A stretch of 64,000 nt of DNA, from assembly GCA_963753345.1 (NCBI GenBank), contig CAVWBU010000035.1:1-64000 (forward strand). Direction: 5' to 3'. Position 1 is the stretch's first letter. Every line of letters begins with the position of its first letter. A model generated the notes under the pieces. It saw only the letters and a program-made list of their open reading frames with translations, had not been told where the DNA came from and did no database searches. Positions 29,305 to 39,496 of this stretch are shown here, piece by piece. Source of the stretch: an uncultured Fibrobacterota bacterium (GTDB lineage: Bacteria; Fibrobacterota; Chitinivibrionia; Chitinivibrionales; FEN-1185). The position numbers and the translations under genes are program-made.

Positions 29305-32300
29305 CTATTTCTCCTTCAGGAACAGGACGCCGAGCGAATCAAAATAATTCTTCACGGAAAGCCGGTAGCTTTCCGGAAAATTGCCGGAAAACGCGCGCTG
29401 GCGCAAGCGGTAGTACGCATCAAGGCCGCTTCCAGGCGCGTCGATTCGCCCGCCGGGCGTTGCGGAAGAGAAAACCGTCTTTGCCGATTGGGATTTGCGC
29501 TCCTCCTTGCCCTCGTCCTGCTTGTGCTGCGACAGGGCCGTTTCGAGCATGCGGGAGAGAAAGCGGTCCTGGCGGTCGCTCAGTTCCTGCGACGGGTTGT
29601 CGAACATGTTCGACAACCTCCTCGCCTCATCCTCGAGCTCTCTTGCCTTCCTGTCAAGCGACGCGCCGGCTTCTTTGCCGTACCGGTCGGCCAGTCGCTT
29701 GAGTTCGTCGGCGACCGCTTTCTGGGCGGCGCGTGCTTCCTTGTTCGCGCGCCTCGCGCCTTCGCTGCGGCCACCGGCCTCGCGGGCGTTCTCTTCTTCC
29801 GATTCGCCAAGGCCGCCGGAAGAGAGAAGGCTTCGGAGCAGGTCGCCGGTGGCCGCGTTGACCATGGCCTGCTGCGCCGACAGGCGCCTCAGGCCCGACA
29901 TCATGCCGCCCATGCCGCCGCTCTGCGATTGGGACTGGCCGCCCAGGTCCGCAAGCGCGTCGAGCGCGGCCTGGGCGATGGCGCCGAGTTCCGCTTCGGG
30001 CCCGGGCGACACCGCGCGCCGGTTCGCATCGGTCAAGAGCTGCACGGCATCGCGCAGGGACAATGCGGCGTTGTCGTAGGCTTTCTTTATCGGAACAAGC
30101 GCCCGCGGGGACACCATGGCGAGGCGGTTCATCTTTTCCATGCTGTGGTCGAGCGCGCTTGACAGGTCCTGCTCGAGCTCGGCCGTCTGGCCCGCCGTGG
30201 TGCCGGGGGCCTGCGAGGCGTCGGCAATGGACTGCTGCATGCCGGCCATGCCGAGGGCATCGTGCGTTATGTCAAGCAACACCTCGCGATCCTTCTCGAG
30301 CCGCTTGGCGAGCGCGCAGCTCTGCATGTTCGAAAGGTTTTCCGACAGCTCGCTCAGCGAACCGGCCATGGCGTTCATGTCGGTGCTGGGCGGGATCCGT
30401 TTTTCGGACAGGCACGAGCGCATGGATTTCTGGAGCGGCATCAGCTTGTCAAGCGCGGGAAGCTTGAGTTTTGAGAACAGGGCCGAATCGGCATTCTGCG
30501 TGTTCTTGTCGATGTCGGCAAGGAGCCCGTCGACCCCCTTGCACACGCCTTCCTGTTTGGAAAGGCATTCGCCCGCGCTTTTCTCCTGCGAGGAGACCTC
30601 CTGCTGTTCCCGCGACAGCCGCATCGCGTCTGCCGCCAGTTTCCCGAGTTCCTGGTCGCGCTTGAGCATGGCAAGGAATCTGAGTGTGTTGTCGAGTCTT
30701 GCCGCAAGATCCGGGAGCTCCTTCTTCAGTTTCTCAAGCGACTCCCTCACGTCGCGTAGGGAAACGGTTTCATTTCCCCTGGGCAGGGAAAAAAGAAGGC
30801 TGTCGCCGTACTGCCGCCGCAGCTCCTCGATGGCCTTCTGCACTTCGTCCATTTTCGACAGCAGCTCGGAGGAGACCGGCTGCTCCTGTTTGATTTTGTC
30901 AACAGCCTCGCGGAACGAGGAGACCGCCTTCCCCAGCGAGTCGGCCTGGGCCGACATTTCCTGCTTCACATCGCGGATGATCTGCTGCTGCTCCCACGAC
31001 AGGGATTTCTTCCCGCGGGTCGACTGCATCAGGTTCTCCACCGATTGCTGCAGGTTGTCCGTGCGTTTACGGGAGGCCGCCAGGGCCTGCTCGGTGTAGT
31101 CCTCTTCATTCACGACCTTCTCGTGGATCTCCTCGAAGCTCGGCACGCGGAAGAAGAACGTGTCCGAAAAAGCGCATTGCGGCCCGCCAAAGCGCCGGTT
31201 GTCGCATGCGGATGCCCAGTACCACAGGGTGTCGCCAGGGTACAAAGAAAAGCGGTTGAGGGCCAGCGGCAGTTCGAGGCGAACCAGCTTGAGGGGACTC
31301 TCCGCGCCCGAAAAGGTGTGCTCGCCGAGCAGAACGGCCGCTTCGCCGGCCTTGCGCGCACTCACCGAGAGCCTGCTTATTCCTATGTCGTCAACCGCCT
31401 CCGCCCACAGGGTCTCGGCCATGGCCGGCGTGCAGTCCATGTTGCGGCCCGGTTTTTCCATGACCACCGACGGCGGCGCGTCCGGGATGACGTCGATGGA
31501 GAAAAGCGGGATCGAGTCGCTCGCCTGGTTGAACGTGTCGGAAAGCGCGAAGGTGTAGCTTCGCTGCGACGAAACAACCATGTCGCCCTCCGCGTCGCAC
31601 TTGACAACCGAGAGCGGGATGACGTCTCTGCCGGGCGAAACCAGCAGCGCCTTGGCCAGCGGATAGGGTGCGCTCAGGGAAAAATGGGCCCGCGTGCCGG
31701 GATAGGCCGCGAAGTTTCCCTGCCCGTCGGGAAGCGAGGCAGGCCCCATTCCCGTATAGCGCGGCGGCACCAGGCGGATTGCGAGCCTCGACAGCCGGGG
31801 GGCGGGAACGGCAACAATGGTGTCCGCAGGAAAGACGGTGTTCCCCAACGTGAACTGGTACGCCACGGAGCGGGATACGCGGCCCAGTGAATACGAGAAG
31901 CGGCCGGAGTCGCCCGGAAAAAGCAGGACGTCTGCCGCGTGCGATCCGTCAAGCTCGGCGCAGGTGATCCTGCACGACGGGAACAGAGATGAGACCGGCT
32001 CGAGCCGGAGGGTGCACGGCGCACCGACCGGCAGATACACGGTGCCGGGCTTCACCACGCCGGCCGCCGGCCTCAAATACGAAAAGGGAAGCTGCCAGAA
32101 CGCGGCGCAGTGCGGCTGGAGAAACAGAATGCCGCCCGTAAACGCGGCGGCCGAAAGCGCCAGCGCCGCGGCCAGCGGGCGCAGTCCCCGGGAGTCCGGA
32201 CCAGATGGACAAGAAGGAATTGCGGCGGCGGCCTGTTCGTGCACCGCGGCGGTGAGGTCGGCGGAGCCCGCGCCGCTTCCTGCCGAAAGTTCCAGTGAAA

Positions 32301-32610
32301 GCGAAAGCCAGGGGTGCAAAAGCCGCGCCCGTTCCTCGGCCGCGCGGGCCGTGGCGCCAAGGCCCGGTTGTCGCAGCCACAGAAGTTCCGCGGCCGACGC
32401 GCCGGCGCATGCGGCAAGCGCGGCGATCAAAAGGTCCCAGAGCAGGGGAAGCGCCACCCAGGGGAACACGGCGAAGAGAACCTGGACAAATGCGCATCCC
32501 CCGAGCGCGGCCGCGCAGAGCGCAGCGCACCGCCGCGCCAGGGCCGCAAGGGCGGTCCGCCGCCTGAGGCCGGCGGCATAGAGACGGACACGGTTGAGGT
32601 CGGGGTTCAT
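29305..32610 (-). CDS. Large membrane-anchored coiled-coil protein (DUF4175-like)
   Basis: N-terminal transmembrane segments, 'PPRYTG', 'D..P.V', 'A.DDIGI', 'L.PGD...YW..A.DN', coiled coils, C-terminal 'P..YR..VKNYF'. Confidence 0.8.
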   Translation of the reverse strand: MNPDLNRVRLYAAGLRRRTALAALARRCAALCAAALGGCAFVQVLFAVFPWVALPLLWDLLIAALAACAGASAAELLWLRQPGLGATARAAEERARLLHPWLSLSLELSAGSGAGSADLTAAVHEQAAAAIPSCPSGPDSRGLRPLAAALALSAAAFTGGILFLQPHCAAFWQLPFSYLRPAAGVVKPGTVYLPVGAPCTLRLEPVSSLFPSCRITCAELDGSHAADVLLFPGDSGRFSYSLGRVSRSVAYQFTLGNTVFPADTIVAVPAPRLSRLAIRLVPPRYTGMGPASLPDGQGNFAAYPGTRAHFSLSAPYPLAKALLVSPGRDVIPLSVVKCDAEGDMVVSSQRSYTFALSDTFNQASDSIPLFSIDVIPDAPPSVVMEKPGRNMDCTPAMAETLWAEAVDDIGISRLSVSARKAGEAAVLLGEHTFSGAESPLKLVRLELPLALNRFSLYPGDTLWYWASACDNRRFGGPQCAFSDTFFFRVPSFEEIHEKVVNEEDYTEQALAASRKRTDNLQQSVENLMQSTRGKKSLSWEQQQIIRDVKQEMSAQADSLGKAVSSFREAVDKIKQEQPVSSELLSKMDEVQKAIEELRRQYGDSLLFSLPRGNETVSLRDVRESLEKLKKELPDLAARLDNTLRFLAMLKRDQELGKLAADAMRLSREQQEVSSQEKSAGECLSKQEGVCKGVDGLLADIDKNTQNADSALFSKLKLPALDKLMPLQKSMRSCLSEKRIPPSTDMNAMAGSLSELSENLSNMQSCALAKRLEKDREVLLDITHDALGMAGMQQSIADASQAPGTTAGQTAELEQDLSSALDHSMEKMNRLAMVSPRALVPIKKAYDNAALSLRDAVQLLTDANRRAVSPGPEAELGAIAQAALDALADLGGQSQSQSGGMGGMMSGLRRLSAQQAMVNAATGDLLRSLLSSGGLGESEEENAREAGGRSEGARRANKEARAAQKAVADELKRLADRYGKEAGASLDRKARELEDEARRLSNMFDNPSQELSDRQDRFLSRMLETALSQHKQDEGKEERKSQSAKTVFSSATPGGRIDAPGSGLDAYYRLRQRAFSGNFPESYRLSVKNYFDSLGVLFLKEK

Positions 32611-33269
32611 GGGGAAAAAAACCACGCCACGATATTGACTCCCATGTCGAGGGCGGCGTGGTGCAGCGCCGGAGGGTCGGGGTACACGCCGATGTCTTCC
32701 ATGCCGTCGCCGATATCCGAGCTGAACGCGTAGAACACCACCAGCCTGTTGTTAAAGAATATCCCGAAGCCCTTGGCGGGCAAACCGTCGTGTTCGTGGA
32801 TTTTCGGGAGGCCGGCAAGCTTGTGGATGCTGGAATAGATCGGGTGGGACAGCGGCACTTCGACAAGCGGGTTCTCCGGAAACAGCGCCTTCATCTCGCT
32901 CCGGAACGATTTGTCCATGCCGTAATCGTCGTTTGCAAGCAGGAACCCGCCGCCGATGAGAAACGAGCGGAGCCGTATCCGCTCCTCGGGGGAAAAATGA
33001 ACGTTGCCGTGGCCGGTCATGTAGAGAAACGGGTACTGGAAAAAATTCGGATCCATTATTTGGACCACTGCGACCGTGTCGCAGACCGGAATCGCCGTTT
33101 CCTTTCTTACTGCCTCAGCGAGGTTTGGGAGCGACGACGGGCCGTTGTACCAGTCGCCGCCTCCGCCGTAGTGCAGGCGGGCGATGGTGAGTTCGCATTT
33201 GTCGGCGGAATTTGCAAGTAATGACAATGAGAGGATGATCGGGAAAACTGCTGAAATCGTTTTCATCAT
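32607..33269 (-). CDS. DUF4159 domain protein
   Basis: ARLHYGGGGDWY, YPFLYMTGHG, GGFL..DD, LPKIHEHDG, DIGDG. Confidence 0.9.
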   Translation of the reverse strand: MMKTISAVFPIILSLSLLANSADKCELTIARLHYGGGGDWYNGPSSLPNLAEAVRKETAIPVCDTVAVVQIMDPNFFQYPFLYMTGHGNVHFSPEERIRLRSFLIGGGFLLANDDYGMDKSFRSEMKALFPENPLVEVPLSHPIYSSIHKLAGLPKIHEHDGLPAKGFGIFFNNRLVVFYAFSSDIGDGMEDIGVYPDPPALHHAALDMGVNIVAWFFSP

Positions 33270-33494
33270 TGGTTACACCGCAGTGAGGTGAAGAACCTGC
33301 GCATCAGCTAAAATACCATTTTCTCCGGGTATGCGTTGAAGGTGTTACAGGCTAAGATAATTAGGATCTTGAGGATATTTTATTGTGGTTAGATACTCAA
33401 TGTTTCAGCGAGAATTCTTTTCGACCTTCTTTACTCAGCTGTACCACTGAGGAGTGAAAAGCAGGTGCAACCATTGCGTTTTGTTTTTGCGTTA

Positions 33495-33670
33495 GGGGCG
33501 ACTGGAGGTCCCGCCAAAGCGGGATGCCGCCCGGACCCGCCGCTATCGCGGCATAGGGCCGAGGCGGCCGGAGGCCGAAGGCCGAGACCGGAAGGAGAAC
33601 CGACCCCGAGGATGCAGAGGCGCAAAATTTTGCGCCTCTGCATCCTCGGGGGAACGCCCAATTTCTTCGT
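33495..33670. repeat. REP/MITE-like element containing a perfect 48-bp palindrome (33604-33651)
   Basis: ccccgaggatgcagaggcgcaaaa|ttttgcgcctctgcatcctcgggg. Confidence 0.75.
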
Positions 33671-33679
33671 TTTAGATAT

Positions 33680-34600
33680 TTATTTAATTTTCGGCGGGAA
33701 CTGCTTATTCCACCACAGCACGATGGGGCTGGCGATATATACCGTGGAATACACGCCGCTTGAGCACCCCACGAGCATGGCTAGGGAGAAATCCTGAATC
33801 ACCTGGCCGCCAAAGAAGGAGAACGCGATGAGCACGAACAGCACCGTGCCCGTGGTGATAATGGTTCGTGACAGGGTCTGGTTGATGCTCTTGTTGATCA
33901 TGGACTCCACGTTCGGGCCCAGAAGCCTCCCGCCCATGTTCTCGCGCACGCGGTCGAACACCACGATGGTGTCGTTGAGGGAATAACCCACGATGGTGAG
34001 CAGGGCCGCAATGATGCCCAGGGAAATTTCCCTGTTGGTAAGCGAGAAAAAGCCGAGGGTGATGAACACGTCGTGGAAAAGGGAAAGCACGCCTCCGAGG
34101 CCGTAGGGAATATTGAACCGTATCCCCATGTAAATCACGATTCCCACAAGCGCCAGGACCACGGCCCAGAAGGCCTTGGAGGCAAGTTCGGAACCGATCT
34201 TGGGACCCACTTTCTCCTCCCGCCTAACCTCGAACTTGTTCTCGGCGTAGCCTTTGGAAAACGCGGCTTTCACCATGTCGCCGACCGTGGTTCCCTCCGC
34301 CTGTTTCTTGACCGTCACCTGTATTTCGTTGTTCTTCTCGGCGCCGATGGTTTTGATTTCCGGCTGTCCCAGTCCGAGCGACGTCACGAGGGAACGAACC
34401 TTTCCGAGATCTCTTCCGATGGGTTTTTCGAATTTGAGCTGGATCTCTGTGCCGCCCGTGAACTCGATCGAGGTGTTGAACCCCTTGTGGTAGATGATGG
34501 AGCCGATGGTGATAAGGAGCAGGGTGCCCGAAATCGAGAAGGCGATTTTCCACACGCCGATAAAGTTGATGTTGGGGACTTTCTTGAAAATCTGAATCAT
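33680..34600 (-). CDS. secF: Protein translocase subunit SecF
   Basis: IEFTGGT, VGPKIG.EL, HDV.IT, GYSLNDTIVVFDRVREN, QTLSRTI.T. Confidence 0.97.
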   Translation of the reverse strand: MIQIFKKVPNINFIGVWKIAFSISGTLLLITIGSIIYHKGFNTSIEFTGGTEIQLKFEKPIGRDLGKVRSLVTSLGLGQPEIKTIGAEKNNEIQVTVKKQAEGTTVGDMVKAAFSKGYAENKFEVRREEKVGPKIGSELASKAFWAVVLALVGIVIYMGIRFNIPYGLGGVLSLFHDVFITLGFFSLTNREISLGIIAALLTIVGYSLNDTIVVFDRVRENMGGRLLGPNVESMINKSINQTLSRTIITTGTVLFVLIAFSFFGGQVIQDFSLAMLVGCSSGVYSTVYIASPIVLWWNKQFPPKIK

Positions 34601-34623
34601 GGGATAACCGTTGTTCCTTTTTG

Positions 34624-36327
34624 TTAAATGCTGAGCTTTTCCCCGGTCTTGGGAGTGAAGATGTTGTACATGATATGGGTAACGTACAGCGACGTGAACA
34701 TCGAAATGATGAGGCCGAACATGAGCGTGATGGCAAAGCCCTTGATGGCGCCGGTGCCGATCCAGAAGAGAATGCCCGCCTTGATGAGCATGGTGAGGTT
34801 TGAGTCCATAATGACGACAAACACGCGTTTATATCCTATGTCGATGGCGCTCCGCACCGTCTTGCCGAGGTGAAGCTCCTCGCGGATGCGCTCGCAGATA
34901 AGCACGTTGGCGTCCACCGCGACGGCAATGTTGAGGACAAGGCCGCAGACGCCGGGGATGGTAAGCGTGGCATTGACGCAGGCCATCGCCGCGAGCACGA
35001 ACAGCATGTTGAGCGCGAGCGCGAACACTGCGTAGGCGCCGCTCAGCTTGTAGTAAATGAGCATGAACACGAACACCAGAATCGACCCGAGGATGGCCGC
35101 GATGACGCAGTCGTGGATCGAGTCCTTGCCGAGCGACGGCCCTATGATCCGCTGCTCCATGATCTTCACAGGCGCGGGAAGCGCGCCGGCGCGCAGCACG
35201 ATGGCGAGGTTCTTGGCCTCCTCCATGGTAAAGCTGCCTTCGATCTGGGCCCTGCCGCTCGGAATCTTGGAGCGGATCACCGGCGCCGAGTATACGGTGC
35301 TGTCGAGCACGATGGCAAGGTATTTCTGGACGTTTGCGCCCGTGACGCGGGCGAACGTGCGCGCGCCCTTGGGATTCATTTCGAGTTCGACGATAGCGGC
35401 GCCCGCGGAGAATCCGCCGCGGTCGATGGACCCGCGCGCGTCCTTGATGGCGTCGCCGCGCATTTCAGGGCTTGACTTTACATAATACAGCATGCGATAC
35501 ATCGCCCCGTTCGCCACGCGCGTCTCGTGGCCCCACAGGAAATTAGAGCCGCCCAGGCCCGAACGCACAAGCGCATCGCGCACGTCCTTGCGGCCGAGGA
35601 TCTTTTCGACCTTGGCCTTGTTGCTTTCAAGAACGCCTATCTGCTCGCCGATGCCGGAAAGAAGCTCGGAGAACGACGTGATCGCCTCCTCCTTCTTCGT
35701 GCCCGCGGCGGTGGACTCGGCCGCGCCTGCGGCAGTGTCCCTGCCGGCTTCCTTTCCCTCAAATAGGGTTTGCGCCTTGTTCTGGGCCTCTTTCGTCTTT
35801 ACCACATTCGTGTCCGTGACTGCGGCGGCCGCGGCCGTGTCGCCCGTTCTGAGGCCCTTGAGCGCGTTGTCCACGACCTTTATTGCTTTGTCAAGCTCGG
35901 CTGGCTCGCGGAGCAAATTGAACTCGAGCTGGGCGGTGGAGCCGATCACCCTCGATGCCGCGCTTTCGTCGCGAAACCCGGGCAGCTCCACGATGATCCT
36001 GTCTTTTCCCTGTTTTTGAATGCTCGGCTCGGCGACGCCGAGGTAGTTGATGCGGTTCTCGATCACGGTGTACGCGCGGTCGAGGATGTCGGCCGAGGCC
36101 TCCTTGGGCAGATTCGACCTGTCGATCTCAAGCACGATCCTGATGCCGCCCTGGATGTCGAGCCCCAGGTTGATGATTTTCTTGAAAATGGTGGGGTGCG
36201 ACTGGGCATATGAGTCCTGGTCGTCGGCGCTTTTCGAATAAAACAGGATGGAATCCTTGAGAAAGAAAAGCGCGGCTGCGATGAGACCCACGGTGACGAT
36301 CAGGCCGACGGTGACGTTCCTGTTCAT
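34624..36327 (-). CDS. secD: Protein translocase subunit SecD
   Basis: LGLDIQGG, RI..LGVAEP, LAIVLD, LRAGALPAP, GPSLG.DSI, AVDANVLI.ERIREE. Confidence 0.97.
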   Translation of the reverse strand: MNRNVTVGLIVTVGLIAAALFFLKDSILFYSKSADDQDSYAQSHPTIFKKIINLGLDIQGGIRIVLEIDRSNLPKEASADILDRAYTVIENRINYLGVAEPSIQKQGKDRIIVELPGFRDESAASRVIGSTAQLEFNLLREPAELDKAIKVVDNALKGLRTGDTAAAAAVTDTNVVKTKEAQNKAQTLFEGKEAGRDTAAGAAESTAAGTKKEEAITSFSELLSGIGEQIGVLESNKAKVEKILGRKDVRDALVRSGLGGSNFLWGHETRVANGAMYRMLYYVKSSPEMRGDAIKDARGSIDRGGFSAGAAIVELEMNPKGARTFARVTGANVQKYLAIVLDSTVYSAPVIRSKIPSGRAQIEGSFTMEEAKNLAIVLRAGALPAPVKIMEQRIIGPSLGKDSIHDCVIAAILGSILVFVFMLIYYKLSGAYAVFALALNMLFVLAAMACVNATLTIPGVCGLVLNIAVAVDANVLICERIREELHLGKTVRSAIDIGYKRVFVVIMDSNLTMLIKAGILFWIGTGAIKGFAITLMFGLIISMFTSLYVTHIMYNIFTPKTGEKLSI

Positions 36328-36426
36328 GGCGTTGTCACAATTCCTTTCGGTAAAACTGCGGCCGCTTCGGTACGTTCCGACCACGAGGGTCGGAACTGCG
36401 GCTGCGGCGTTCTCTGGTGATGCCGG

Positions 36427-36831
36427 CTACGGCTGCGGAAGCGCGCCCTCCCGCGCCTGCAAAAACTCGCGGACCTTTTCCACGATGTCCTTCGGGTTCT
36501 GCGGCTTCGTGAGGTACAGGTCGCAGCCGAGACGCTGTCCTTCACGGTAATCGTGTTCCTGGTTGAGGGCGGTAAACAGAAAAATGATAATGTCCTTGGT
36601 TTCCGGATTGCTTTTCACCCATTCGCACACCTCAAATCCGGTCTGGCCGAACAGAATGACGTCGAGAATAATGAGATGCGGCCTTTCCTTCTTGACAACC
36701 TGCATCGCCTGGTTGGCGGTAATGGCTTCAAAGACGGTGTATCCTTCCAATTCGAGAAACAGCCTCAGAATCTTGCGGATGCCGGGCTCGTCATCGACAA
36801 GCAGGATGCGGTATGGGTTCTGCTTGGCCAC
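36427..36831 (-). CDS. Single-domain response regulator
   Basis: ILLVDDEP, LIILDV, LTA, YLTKP. Confidence 0.9.
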   Translation of the reverse strand: MAKQNPYRILLVDDEPGIRKILRLFLELEGYTVFEAITANQAMQVVKKERPHLIILDVILFGQTGFEVCEWVKSNPETKDIIIFLFTALNQEHDYREGQRLGCDLYLTKPQNPKDIVEKVREFLQAREGALPQP

Positions 36832-37039
36832 TGTGCACTGGTCCTGTCGCTTGAGCGGATTGTCCGCGTCGGCTCGGTGCCCGTCGGGCGTTGAAAGTGC
36901 GTTCCATGGGAGTGACGGGCGGCCGGATCAACGCGGATGGAAATTGTTCCGCGGTATACCCCAAAACCGGTCACCTAAAATACTATTTGGGGCTTCGGCA
37001 TGCCTATGAGGAATGTTTCTTTTAAGAAATAGCCGCCTT

Positions 37040-38437
37040 CTAAAGCACGAGCGAATCCTCCGGCGACGGATACAGAACGTTCTTGTATCCTTTCGCAAGG
37101 AGCGCGTCGCGCAAGGGCAGGGCCTGGTCTTCTTCCCCGTGGACAAGAACAATGTGCGAAAGCCTTCCGGGCGGCGTAAGCAGGGCGTATTCGAGAAGCT
37201 CCTGCGAGTCTGCATGAGCGCTGAATGCGTCGATGGTCTTTATTCTGCATTTCACCGTGTGCTCGACGCCGAAGATGCGCACCACCGGGTTGCCGTCCAT
37301 CAGCTTGCGCGCAAGCGTGTCTTTTGCGGCAAATCCGACAAAGAGGACGAGGTTCTTCGGGTTGTCGATGCTGTTCCGCAGGTGATGCAGGATGCGGCCG
37401 CCTTCGCACATGCCCGACGACGAAATAATGACGTGCGGATAGGAGAGGCCGTTTAAGGCCTTTGACTCGTTGATGTCGCTGATGTATTTGAGCCGTGAAA
37501 ACCCGAACGGGTCCTCGTGGCCCGAGAGAAAAATGCGGTTTGTTTCGCGGTCCATGCATTCCGGGTGGTTGCGGAAGATGTCGGTGGCGTTGCACGCAAG
37601 GGGACTGTCGACATAGATCGGCATGTCCGGAATGCGGTCCTCGTTGAACAGCTTGTGGAGATGATACACAATCTGCTGCGTGCGTCCCACGGCGAAAGCA
37701 GGGATGATCACCTTGCCGCCGCCCGCCGCGGTCTCCCGTATGGTATGGGCGAGCTCCTCTTCAACGTGGTCCGACGGGCCGTGCCTGCGGTTGCCGTAGG
37801 TGCTTTCCATAAGGAGAATGTCGAGGTCGCGCAGGATGTTCGGGTCCTGGATCACCGCCATGTTGGGCCGGCCGATATCGCCGGTAAAGCCGAATCGCAC
37901 CGTGCGGCCGCCCTCCGTGATTTCGAATGACGCGCCGGCCGAGCCGAGAATGTGGCCGGCGTCCCGAAACGTCACGCTCACGCCGGAAACCGGCGCAAAC
38001 GGCTTATCGTACGGAACGGGCCTGAATTTGTCCATGCACGCCTCGGCATCCTGGATCGTGTAGAGCGGTTCGAGGGGGGTGTCGTGCTGCCTGCGCTTCT
38101 TTGCATTGGCAAATTCGAGGTCCTTGAGCTGAAGGTAGGCCGAATCCCGCAGCATGATGCGGCACAGTTCCACCGTGGGCGGCGTGGCGTAGATCGGGCC
38201 GGAAAATCCCCTCTTGACAAGGTTCGGAATGTTTCCGCTGTGGTCGATATGGGCATGCGACAGGATGAGGCAGTCGAGCTGCTTCGGGTCAAAGGGGAAA
38301 TTGAGGTTCCTCTCGTACGATTCGCTGCGCCGGCCCTGAAACAAACCGCATTCGATGCATACCGAATGGCCGTTTACCGAAAGAACATGCAGCGATCCGG
38401 TGACGGTGCGGGCGCCTCCATAACAGTGAAGCTTCAT
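37040..38437 (-). CDS. MBL-fold beta-CASP metallo-hydrolase (RNA-processing type)
   Basis: LSHAHIDHSG, AGHILGS, FTGDIG, MESTYG, PAFAVGRTQ, SGMCEGGRILHH, FSAHAD, LVHGE. Confidence 0.93.
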   Translation of the reverse strand: MKLHCYGGARTVTGSLHVLSVNGHSVCIECGLFQGRRSESYERNLNFPFDPKQLDCLILSHAHIDHSGNIPNLVKRGFSGPIYATPPTVELCRIMLRDSAYLQLKDLEFANAKKRRQHDTPLEPLYTIQDAEACMDKFRPVPYDKPFAPVSGVSVTFRDAGHILGSAGASFEITEGGRTVRFGFTGDIGRPNMAVIQDPNILRDLDILLMESTYGNRRHGPSDHVEEELAHTIRETAAGGGKVIIPAFAVGRTQQIVYHLHKLFNEDRIPDMPIYVDSPLACNATDIFRNHPECMDRETNRIFLSGHEDPFGFSRLKYISDINESKALNGLSYPHVIISSSGMCEGGRILHHLRNSIDNPKNLVLFVGFAAKDTLARKLMDGNPVVRIFGVEHTVKCRIKTIDAFSAHADSQELLEYALLTPPGRLSHIVLVHGEEDQALPLRDALLAKGYKNVLYPSPEDSLVL

Positions 38438-38695
38438 GCAAACGGTCCCTCCAAAATGTCAACGGGTGGGTGGTCGCGACCCCCAAGCCAGGGGACTTTT
38501 CGGAAATCCGGGCTCCATCGGTCCGGCGGATGCAACCTGAAGATCCGCATTTCCGCATTCCAATTATACTATCACATCGATGGAAAGCAACACTAAAATG
38601 CTGGAACGCCAACGCCATATCGTCAATTCCTTGCTCCGTGACAGGGGAAAATTGTATACTTTCTTCATCGCCACGTTCATGAACAAACCGGAAGG

Positions 38696-39370
38696 ATGGA
38701 TCAAATGAAACAATTTTCTCTTGCACAGGCGGGCGCGGCCGCCCTTCTTGCAGCGCTGCTTGCGCAGTCCGCGCCGTGTCTTGAGTTGTCTCTGGGCGCG
38801 CGGCTCGGTCTCAACGTGTCGGGCATCCTGGGTGATACCGCGACGACGATGGCTCCCGGTTACGGCGCCAACGGGGAGGTGTTTGCAAGCGAGTGGATCA
38901 ACCAGAGCTTCGGCCTGCAGGAGGAAATAGGCCTTAGCGCACGCGGAGCCGGATGGAAGGTTCCCGATGCCTCGGGGAATGCAACTAACAAATACCCCAA
39001 CTCCTTCACCTATCTCGACATTCCGGTTCTTGCGAAATGGCGGTTTGTTCAGCGCGAAAACCTGCGCCCCGTGCTGTATGGAGGGTTCACCGTGGGATTT
39101 CCCCTTGCCGCTTCACTGGTTTACCAGGGCGGTATCGGGGACGACATGATGTCGGATATCAATCCGGTCGATCTCGGCCTCACCGCAGGCCTGTCGCTCG
39201 ACATCAAACGCGGAAACCTTTTGATCCCCATTGACATCCGATACACATGGGGCGCCATCAATTTTCTCAACAACACCAAGGCCGACTACCCCGAACAGCT
39301 GCACCACAGCGTTTTTTCGATCTCCGCGGGACTGGGGTGGATTCTTGATGTGGGGAAGAAGAAGGAGTAG
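38696..39370 (+). CDS. Outer-membrane beta-barrel (porin family, OMP_b-brl_2-like)
   Basis: Signal peptide; G.RLGLN.S, YLDIPVLAK, D.GL..G, DIRY..G. Confidence 0.8.
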   Translation: MDQMKQFSLAQAGAAALLAALLAQSAPCLELSLGARLGLNVSGILGDTATTMAPGYGANGEVFASEWINQSFGLQEEIGLSARGAGWKVPDASGNATNKYPNSFTYLDIPVLAKWRFVQRENLRPVLYGGFTVGFPLAASLVYQGGIGDDMMSDINPVDLGLTAGLSLDIKRGNLLIPIDIRYTWGAINFLNNTKADYPEQLHHSVFSISAGLGWILDVGKKKE

Positions 39371-39496
39371 GGACAACGCGATTTTTATAGCAGGCGAATT
39401 GAAAATAAAAAATATCAGCAGTATCATATGTGAGAAAGTAATAGCAATCTTCCGATTGCAAACAGCCGGTTTCTTGTTTAAGGAAGTGACTTCAGA

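Noticed and set aside
27766-38596. Many long antisense or alternate-frame ORFs (e.g. 28740..29702, 30116..31099, 31949..32866)
   Set aside because: These are expected shadows of high-GC coding genes, with Arg/Ala/Pro-rich composition and no motifs.
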